Origin: Phycisphaera mikurensis NBRC 102666
Lineage (GTDB): Bacteria > Planctomycetota > Phycisphaerae > Phycisphaerales > SM1A02
Direction of reading: 5' to 3'
Length of the DNA: 51,697 bases
Assembly: GCA_945890745.1 (NCBI GenBank)
Contig: CAMDCW010000001.1
Coordinates: 1 to 51,697, forward strand
Part shown: piece by piece, positions 46,077-51,697 of the stretch
How the letters are laid out: each line of letters starts with the position of its first letter
How positions within the stretch are numbered: the stretch's first letter is position 1
Made by a program: the position numbers and the translations under genes
Notes under the pieces: model-generated
What the model was told of the DNA's origin: nothing
The model's database searches: none
The model's input: only the letters and a program-made list of their open reading frames with translations

Positions 46077-47225
46077 TTACTGTCCGCACGGGCCCCAGTT
46101 TGCAAGCAGGAGTCCAAGGTCGGCGCCGTTCACGTTGCCGTCGCGGTTGATGTCGGCGCGAGGGAACGCCGGGCTCACCGGACCCCAGAAGGCGAGAAGT
46201 GCGCCAAGGTCTGCACCATCGACGATTCCGGTGGGGTTGAGGTCGCAGGCGGAACAACTGATACAGGAAAGTCCCTGTTCACAACAGTCAGGCACACCAT
46301 TGCCATTTTCGTCGATGAGCGAACCATCAAGGATTTGCCCGTAATCGACGACATTGTCGGCGTTACAGTCGGCTGACCATTCAATGATGTAACTCGGCGA
46401 TAGTGGATACGGCGGAAAGTCGACGAGTCCAGCATCCGCCCAGCCCCGGTAGTAGTTCGAGTTCGCGTACCCAAGCAGACAAGTAATCGAAATCCCCGGA
46501 CCGAAGCCACCGTTTGGTTCCCCTGGCGCCCAACCCGCCCAATTCCACGGTTCACCAGTGACCCACGCCCATGGTTGTGCGACCGGTGCATCAACAGGTT
46601 GGAAACCTCCGAGCCATGGTCCCCCAGCATTTCCACCAAAGTCATTCACCCACGCGGTCGGGTGATCGGCACGGTTGCCAAGTTGTGTGACAAGCGCATT
46701 CTCAGAAGGTGAAGTAGGGGTGACCAAGTGTCCGCCGCGTTGTTCACAAGATGCCCGAGCGTCTGTCCATGTAAGTGGCCCATTGATGACAAGCTCATAC
46801 CAATGCCCATTCCCCCCATCCTCCACACGCCACTGCACAGCGGTCGACTGCGCGCTCGCCCCGGAAACGAGTGCGATCTGTGTTACAGCGAGTACGCCAA
46901 GGGCGCCTGCTGTCCGGAATGCTTGCGACGTCTTCATATTGGAGTCCGGGTGAGGGTCGATAGAGCCGTTCGCGCCGTCAATCCGCGCGAAAATCCCTGA
47001 AGATTCCACAGGTTTCATAAGAACCGCCCCCACAGCAAGCAGGGAGGCTCCAAGGATTGCGAACGCCGCCGCCGCAGGCACTGCGTGTGTCGAGCGCGTG
47101 TGGGGTGTTGAACCCATCGCGCCAGCCCTGAGCCCGCGCGACACGACCACCGCCGACCAGCGAAGTGGTCGAGCGCCGACATGTGGGCACGCCGAATGAT
47201 CAGTGCCCTGCAGACGGTCGGTCAT
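46077..47225 (-). CDS. C-type-lectin-like domain protein with a Cys/Asp/Asn-rich Ca-binding-like linker and a C-terminal dockerin-like module
   Basis: 382 aa. The CTLD pattern is NGHWYELV..WTDARASCEQRGGHLVTPTSPSEN...WVTGEPWNWAGWAPGEPNG. The linker is EWSADCNADNVVDYGQILDGSLIDENGNGVPDCCE. The dockerin-like duplicated segment is IVDGADLGALLAFWG / DINRDGNVNGADLGLLLANWGPCGQ. The start ATG overlaps the upstream sigma stop. An internal ATG at 46937 precedes a signal-peptide-like segment. Confidence 0.7.
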   Translation of the reverse strand: MTDRLQGTDHSACPHVGARPLRWSAVVVSRGLRAGAMGSTPHTRSTHAVPAAAAFAILGASLLAVGAVLMKPVESSGIFARIDGANGSIDPHPDSNMKTSQAFRTAGALGVLAVTQIALVSGASAQSTAVQWRVEDGGNGHWYELVINGPLTWTDARASCEQRGGHLVTPTSPSENALVTQLGNRADHPTAWVNDFGGNAGGPWLGGFQPVDAPVAQPWAWVTGEPWNWAGWAPGEPNGGFGPGISITCLLGYANSNYYRGWADAGLVDFPPYPLSPSYIIEWSADCNADNVVDYGQILDGSLIDENGNGVPDCCEQGLSCISCSACDLNPTGIVDGADLGALLAFWGPVSPAFPRADINRDGNVNGADLGLLLANWGPCGQ

Positions 47226-47968
47226 GGCTCACCCGCAGCCTCATCAACAAGTATCAGTACTTCAGCGAGAGCAGCATCCATCGCATGTGGAAGCACCCCC
47301 TCTTCGCGCAAAATTTCACGCACGGCTTCGCGCATGCGGTCGCTCACCCGGCGCGCAGCGTGTTCGGCCTGTGCAACACTCACGGAAAGTTGCGCGGCGA
47401 TGGATCGATAGGACACCCCATCAATGACATGCAAGCGAAATGCCAGCGCATCATTTGGTCGACCGCGCTCATCAGCGTCAGCAATGGCGATCGACATCGC
47501 TTCGTTTGCCAGCGCCACGGCCCACGCATGGTCGAAGGCCCGCGCTGGATCAACAGCGTCTGATTTCAGTGTATTTAGGCCATCGCCACCCACTATTCGA
47601 CCGCGCGACCGGTTCTGATCGCGCAGTTCACCTCGGCAATGAAATGCCATGGCGTTCATCATCCATCGACGCAGTGGCATCTTTGAATCGCGCCAGCGCC
47701 GCAGGAAATCCGGAGCATCGACCGCCCGGACGAAGAACTCCGCAACGATTTCCTCTGGCTCACCAAGTCGAACCAGCGCGCTTGTTCGCACATAGATTCG
47801 CAGCGCGTCGTAGTAGCGCTCCATGAGGTGTCGACGCAGAGCAGCGCGCGCGGCAGCGGCCGCACTGAAATTCACTTGATGCGCCGGGTCAACATCACCG
47901 CGCTCAGCGATTGTTAACTGCGCGTCGATCCACGTGGCGTGAGTGCTTGGGAAGTGATCTGTTTCCAC
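47222..47968 (-). CDS. ECF-type (sigma-70 family) RNA polymerase sigma factor, copy 1
   Basis: 248 aa with a GTG start. The region-2-like block is MPLRRWMMNAMAFHCRGELRD. The region-4 HTH-like block is FRLHVIDGVSYRSIAAQLSVSVAQAEHAARRVSDRMREAV. The N-terminus reads METDHFPSTHATWIDAQ. Confidence 0.7.
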   Translation of the reverse strand: METDHFPSTHATWIDAQLTIAERGDVDPAHQVNFSAAAAARAALRRHLMERYYDALRIYVRTSALVRLGEPEEIVAEFFVRAVDAPDFLRRWRDSKMPLRRWMMNAMAFHCRGELRDQNRSRGRIVGGDGLNTLKSDAVDPARAFDHAWAVALANEAMSIAIADADERGRPNDALAFRLHVIDGVSYRSIAAQLSVSVAQAEHAARRVSDRMREAVREILREEGVLPHAMDAALAEVLILVDEAAGEP

Positions 47969-48014
47969 CGGGGCGCTGAGGATAGGTCAGGCGCCTGGTG
48001 GCGTGGCACTGCGC

Positions 48015-49727
48015 TTATGGGCATGGTCCCCAGTACGAGAGGAGGATGCCAAGGTCGGAGCCATCTATCTCCCCATCGCGGTTGATGTCGGCCTGTGGCA
48101 GTACTGGGTTAACTGGTCCCCAGAACGCGAGTAGGGCACCAAGATCTGCACCATCAATGATGTGGTTGTTGGTGATGTCGGCATCTTGGCACTGTGGTTG
48201 TTCACAGATATCGGGGATGCCGTTGGTGTTGGAGTCGGCGAGCTGTCCGGTGAGGATTTGGCCGTAGTCGACGATGTTGTCGTTGTTGCAGTCGGCGGAC
48301 CATTCGACCGTGTAAGACGCTAGGCCGTTCCAGCACCCACCGCTTCCGCCAATGTCATTCCACCAACCATCTGGACAACTGGCGGTCGCATACGGTCCAT
48401 CACCGCTTGGTTGCGCTGGTCCCCAGTGGGTGAACGTCACCAATTCGCCGCTCGACCAATAGTTGGTGCCTTGATAGCCAATCCAGCCACTAAAGGTTGG
48501 GCATAGCGCCAAAAGAAACACCTCCTCTTCCTGTTTGTTGAGCGAGACCAGCTCACCACCAACGTTACGACATTGATCACGCGCATCGTTCCAACAGATG
48601 CTCTGACCGGGAGCATCTTGGCCGACATGCTGATACCAGTGCCCGTTTCCACCATCCTCGGCTCGCCACTGCACCGGATAGCTGCCAACAACACACGTTT
48701 CACCACGCTCGCAGCAATCGGGGATGTTGTTGGTGTTGTAGTCGGCAAGCGTGCCGTTGTGGCATTGGCTGTAGTCGATGATGTTGTCGTTGTTGCAGTC
48801 GGCGGACCATTCGATCACCGCGGAAGGGCACCGCTCGCCACTCACACTACAGACTCCAGTGCCGCCAGGGAAGTCACAAACGTAGTTTCGAGGGGACGCA
48901 AACCACGGGCCACCCGTCCAATAGCAGGCATACTGCTCGGGACCACATGGTTCGTAGTTGTCTGGTTGATTCCAGTACCACGGAACTACTTCGTTGTTGG
49001 GCGTTCCATTCACCCAAACCCACCCACCCGCCGGCTCTGACGAGTTCGCCATTTGGTAAAGCCCCACGTACGGACCAAAGTCACCTTGCCAAAGCAAACT
49101 GTTGGAAACCACTTGGCTGTAGACCCAGTTCGCCTCAGTTGAACTCGCGAAGGCCACCAGATCGCCGCCGTTACTCGCGGCGTAGTTACGAGCAGCCTCC
49201 CAGGTCACGACCGCGGAAGTAGGAAACGCGATTCCTTGGTACCAATGCCCATTCCCCCCATCCTCCACCTTCCACTGCACCGCGCCACTCTGCGCCCCCG
49301 CGACCGTCGCTGCAATTCCAACCACCGCTGCTGCGGTGACGCCCGTGATCTTGTTCAACATCTTGTGGTGTCCCTGGAGTGTGTCGTGTAGGTGGCTCGC
49401 GCCGGTATCTGGCGCTCGTCCCACTAAGCCGCTCGATTGCGGCACATTCGGTGGGACTTGCTCGGAATTGACCTGAACCAGTACCGAGAACCCCGCCAGA
49501 CCTAGGACAGCAAGGGTGATCCTGCCCGCCGTGCGACTGGCGGGGGCTTGGGGAGCGGCCGTTCTTGGGGCAGCCGCGCCAACAATCGCGCCACCCGTTC
49601 TGCCATCCGCTCGCTCGGTTTCACGCACCGGCTCCCCGCCAATCCGCAGCAGCGCTGCCGCCTGCGCGCCCGAAAGCGGCACTCTCGCTGGTCGATCTGT
49701 TCGTTGGCTATCAATATCCCTGGTCAT
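48015..49727 (-). CDS. Protein with two C-type-lectin-like domains, two Cys/Asp/Asn-rich linkers and a C-terminal dockerin-like module
   Basis: The ORF is open to TTG 49844 (609 aa). ATG 49727 (MTRDIDSQ) is preferred by analogy with the paralog N-terminus (MTDRLQ). An internal ATG at 49361 precedes a signal-like segment. Two VQW(K/R)xEDGGNGHWYQ-led CTLDs are present. EWSADCNNDNI(I/V)DY occurs twice. The tail is IIDGADLGALLAFWG / DINRDGEIDGSDLGILLSYWGPCP. Confidence 0.7.
   Translation of the reverse strand: MTRDIDSQRTDRPARVPLSGAQAAALLRIGGEPVRETERADGRTGGAIVGAAAPRTAAPQAPASRTAGRITLAVLGLAGFSVLVQVNSEQVPPNVPQSSGLVGRAPDTGASHLHDTLQGHHKMLNKITGVTAAAVVGIAATVAGAQSGAVQWKVEDGGNGHWYQGIAFPTSAVVTWEAARNYAASNGGDLVAFASSTEANWVYSQVVSNSLLWQGDFGPYVGLYQMANSSEPAGGWVWVNGTPNNEVVPWYWNQPDNYEPCGPEQYACYWTGGPWFASPRNYVCDFPGGTGVCSVSGERCPSAVIEWSADCNNDNIIDYSQCHNGTLADYNTNNIPDCCERGETCVVGSYPVQWRAEDGGNGHWYQHVGQDAPGQSICWNDARDQCRNVGGELVSLNKQEEEVFLLALCPTFSGWIGYQGTNYWSSGELVTFTHWGPAQPSGDGPYATASCPDGWWNDIGGSGGCWNGLASYTVEWSADCNNDNIVDYGQILTGQLADSNTNGIPDICEQPQCQDADITNNHIIDGADLGALLAFWGPVNPVLPQADINRDGEIDGSDLGILLSYWGPCP
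48264..48306 (-). repeat. Intragenic direct repeat copy A (43 nt), encoding EWSADCNNDNIVDY
   Basis: gtagtcgacgatgttgtcgttgttgcagtcggcggaccattcga matches 48771-48813 at 42 of 43 positions (one c/t difference). Confidence 0.85.
48771..48813 (-). repeat. Intragenic direct repeat copy B (43 nt), encoding EWSADCNNDNIIDY
   Basis: gtagtcgatgatgttgtcgttgttgcagtcggcggaccattcga, the partner of 48264-48306. Confidence 0.85.
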
Positions 49728-49809
49728 CCACCGCACCAAGCCACCAATCGTACGCGCGTTCGTTGCGAACTCCACGGAATTTCGGTTCGGCACACTTTGT
49801 ATCGCACGG

Positions 49810-50556
49810 TCACTCCCCGCCGACAAGCCGAAGTACCTCGGCAACCGCCTGCTCGAGTTCAGAGTTGGGCACGCCTTCCTCGCGGAGGATCTCTTTCACC
49901 GACTCGCGCACCGCGGCTGCAACTCGACGTGTGGCGTTGAAGCACTCTGTGCGGGAGAGTCCGATCGCGCGCGCTACGTCCTCGTACGGCATGCCGTCAA
50001 TCAAATGCATGCGCAGAATGGCATCATCATGTTCGCGACCGCGATCAACAAGCTCAGCCTGCACACGCGCATACGACTCGTTCACAATCGCTAAAGCCCA
50101 CGCACGGTCAAACGCGGCGGCCGCGTCTTGGCTTGCAGTCTCAGCAGCGCGGAGCTCTGTTGGACCGTCAGTGGACATGCGCCCACGCTCGCGCGTTACA
50201 TCTCTGCGCACGCCGCGGCAGTGAAAGCTCATGGCATTCATGAGCCACCGGCGAAGCGGCATCCCGCTACCACGCCAGCGCGCAAAGAATGCATCATCAG
50301 CCATGGGGCCGACATAGAAACCAGAGACCAATTCATCACGCTCGCCCGAGTCACGCAAACCACTCGCGGAGACATACGCGCTGAGCGCTTGCGTGTACCG
50401 CTCCATCACATGACGACGCAATGCGGCGCGAGCTCCGTGAGCGCGGGGTATTCCGGCGAGATCACCGGTAATGGCGGCGCGTTCGCCGTCTTCGGCGATG
50501 GTGAGTTGCGCATCGATCCACGTGGCGTGGGTGCTGGGGAAGTGGTCGGTGGACAC
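49810..50556 (-). CDS. ECF-type (sigma-70 family) RNA polymerase sigma factor, copy 2
   Basis: The ORF is open to GTG 50697, and ATG 50658 is also possible. GTG 50556 gives (M)STDHFPSTHATWIDAQ and exactly 248 aa, matching copy 1. Blocks are MPLRRWLMNAMSFHCRGVRRD and LRMHLIDGMPYEDVARAIGLSRTECFNATRRVAAAVRESV. Confidence 0.7.
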   Translation of the reverse strand: MSTDHFPSTHATWIDAQLTIAEDGERAAITGDLAGIPRAHGARAALRRHVMERYTQALSAYVSASGLRDSGERDELVSGFYVGPMADDAFFARWRGSGMPLRRWLMNAMSFHCRGVRRDVTRERGRMSTDGPTELRAAETASQDAAAAFDRAWALAIVNESYARVQAELVDRGREHDDAILRMHLIDGMPYEDVARAIGLSRTECFNATRRVAAAVRESVKEILREEGVPNSELEQAVAEVLRLVGGE

Positions 50557-50684
50557 GGATGGGATTAAACCGCGTACCGCGAAGCCCGTACCACATGAAT
50601 GGGCCAATTGTCCAACAATGGATACAGACCAATAATCGCCATTTATCAATACGGCCATCCGTCTATGCCACGGATCACTGCGCC

Positions 50685-51644
50685 TTACTGCGGGCACTCA
50701 CCCCACCCGTTGAGCAGGTAGCCAATGTCAGCCCCGTTTACGTACCCATCATTATTAAAGTCAGTGGTTGTCGTTGGGGATACGTCGCCCCACTGTGAAA
50801 GCATCACCCCGAGATCATCACCACCGACATTACCGTTGCCAGTTACATCCCCAACACAGTGCTCGACAATAATCGGCGTGGTGGCTCCTGGGAATCCATC
50901 CCCAAATACACCGACGATATTGCCAGCCTCACTCACAATACTCACAGCACCCAATTCGTTGAATCGGTAAAGCAGCAATGTTGAGTCGTCGTTCTGCACC
51001 CCAGACTCGTTTGGTGTCTGAAATTCGGAACCTTGATATCTCGCAGTGTTGGATATCCGGATCCAATCAACATCAGCAATGACGGATGGAACTGTTAGCG
51101 ATCCGTTGTATGAGTACCGAAACGCCCCAAGCGAGCGCGGACACTTCCCACCACACGCACCGGGTTGTCCGGAAGAATCTTGTTCATTGATGAGGATTCC
51201 ATCAATGTATGCACGAAATTGGGTTGGTGTGCGAACAAGCGCGACATGGTGCCACCGTCCATCAAGAACACTTTGGACACCGGTGTGGTGAAGTGGGGCT
51301 TGACAGCACTGGCCGAAATATACGTTGTAGGTCGGTTCGTGATATGTTCCAAATCCAACACACTTGTCAGTGTCCGCACCATTTTGCTCAGACCAAAGAC
51401 GCGCATCCACGGCTTGTTCACTGTTGATAAATCGAATCGTGAACTCATGCGTTGATTCGGTTGAATACTGTGCTGATTCAGAGAGCGAAATAGTGTCTGT
51501 TAGTTGAGAAAAACGAATAAATCCAGTGTTCGCGATGTCACTAGCACTAACTGCACAATTCGCAGTCATCCCCACAACCAACATCATTGATGCAATAGAG
51601 CGATTCACTTCATAGTCCTGTCTGTCACCGCCTGGAATGCCCAC
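50685..51644 (-). CDS. LamG/concanavalin-A-like lectin domain protein with a C-terminal dockerin-like module
   Basis: 319 aa from GTG 51644. ATG 51587 (MMLVVGMTANCAVSA) is an alternative start. LamG-type blocks are DGRWHHVALVRT..FRAYIDG and VDWIRISNTARY. The tail is VTGNGNVGGDDLGVMLSQWG / DFNNDGYVNGADIGYLLNGWGECPQ. Confidence 0.7.
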   Translation of the reverse strand: MGIPGGDRQDYEVNRSIASMMLVVGMTANCAVSASDIANTGFIRFSQLTDTISLSESAQYSTESTHEFTIRFINSEQAVDARLWSEQNGADTDKCVGFGTYHEPTYNVYFGQCCQAPLHHTGVQSVLDGRWHHVALVRTPTQFRAYIDGILINEQDSSGQPGACGGKCPRSLGAFRYSYNGSLTVPSVIADVDWIRISNTARYQGSEFQTPNESGVQNDDSTLLLYRFNELGAVSIVSEAGNIVGVFGDGFPGATTPIIVEHCVGDVTGNGNVGGDDLGVMLSQWGDVSPTTTTDFNNDGYVNGADIGYLLNGWGECPQ

Positions 51645-51697
51645 ACGTGCGAACGTCGCGCCGCGCGGGCTGTTGGTGCCACCGAGTGATGCGCGAG

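Noticed and set aside
47988-47997. 10-bp perfect palindrome CAGGCGCCTG between the lectin 2 stop and the sigma copy 1 start
   Set aside because: It is too short and loop-less to act as a terminator hairpin. A single occurrence is compatible with chance in GC-rich DNA.
50557-50684. Search for an ECF-type autoregulated promoter (GGAAC-type -35, CGT-type -10) upstream of sigma copy 2
   Set aside because: No convincing match was seen by eye. There are only weak AT-rich sigma-70-like hexamers. I cannot define a motif shared with the very short (46-bp) spacer upstream of sigma copy 1.
1-51697. Scan for CRISPR arrays, tRNA/rRNA genes, IS elements, integrases, toxin-antitoxin pairs or known defence-system genes
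   Set aside because: I found no regularly spaced direct repeats and no cloverleaf-like sequence in the intergenic gaps. I also found no transposase, recombinase, nuclease, helicase or methylase gene sets. The intergenic gaps are all 344 bp or shorter. Small ncRNAs cannot be excluded by eye.

Overview
This is a gene-dense 51.7-kb chromosomal window. GC is roughly 55-58% from hand counts on a few lines. I support about 44 protein-coding genes. I recognised no rRNA, tRNA, CRISPR array, transposase or integrase in a visual scan. No homology search was run, so every product call rests on motifs read from the supplied translations.

Several traits suggest a Planctomycetota (possibly Phycisphaerae-like) chromosome, but that is inference only. 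They are dnaA without dnaN, an extended MoxR-DUF58-BatA operon, a HEAT/cupredoxin protein, ECF-type sigma factors beginning ..DHFPSTHATW.., and secreted proteins ending in a dockerin-like ...WGPC tail.

Layout:
- 264-10727: mostly minus-strand housekeeping and accessory genes. They include a TlpA-like redoxin, a C26 amidotransferase-like hydrolase, a sialate O-acetylesterase-like protein, an MFS transporter, HtrA and a SpoU methyltransferase. This stretch also holds a TatD-like / small ORF / 3-dehydroquinate-synthase-like trio.
- 10982-20632: cupredoxin protein, GT2, lipA, PilZ, M16 peptidase, recO, RR-GGDEF, Hpt, an MBL hydrolase and dnaA. A candidate oriC lies just downstream of dnaA.
- 21908-35439: one tightly coupled eight-gene plus-strand operon. 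Its order is MoxR, DUF58, BatA_N protein, vWA/GATase-like membrane protein, DUF4175-like giant, low-complexity protein, prenyltransferase-repeat protein and a secreted hypothetical.
- 35456-46016: comEC, trpD, lgt, a SOUL-like protein, then an ALDH / ALDH-like / crotonase / crotonase / membrane-protein operon.
- 46077-51644: an accessory-looking minus-strand block. It holds two diverged tandem copies of an ECF-sigma plus C-type-lectin/dockerin module, preceded by a LamG/dockerin gene.

The two best candidates for uncharacterised biology are the sigma-lectin-dockerin cassettes and the extended MoxR/vWA operon. Both are hypotheses from sequence reading only.
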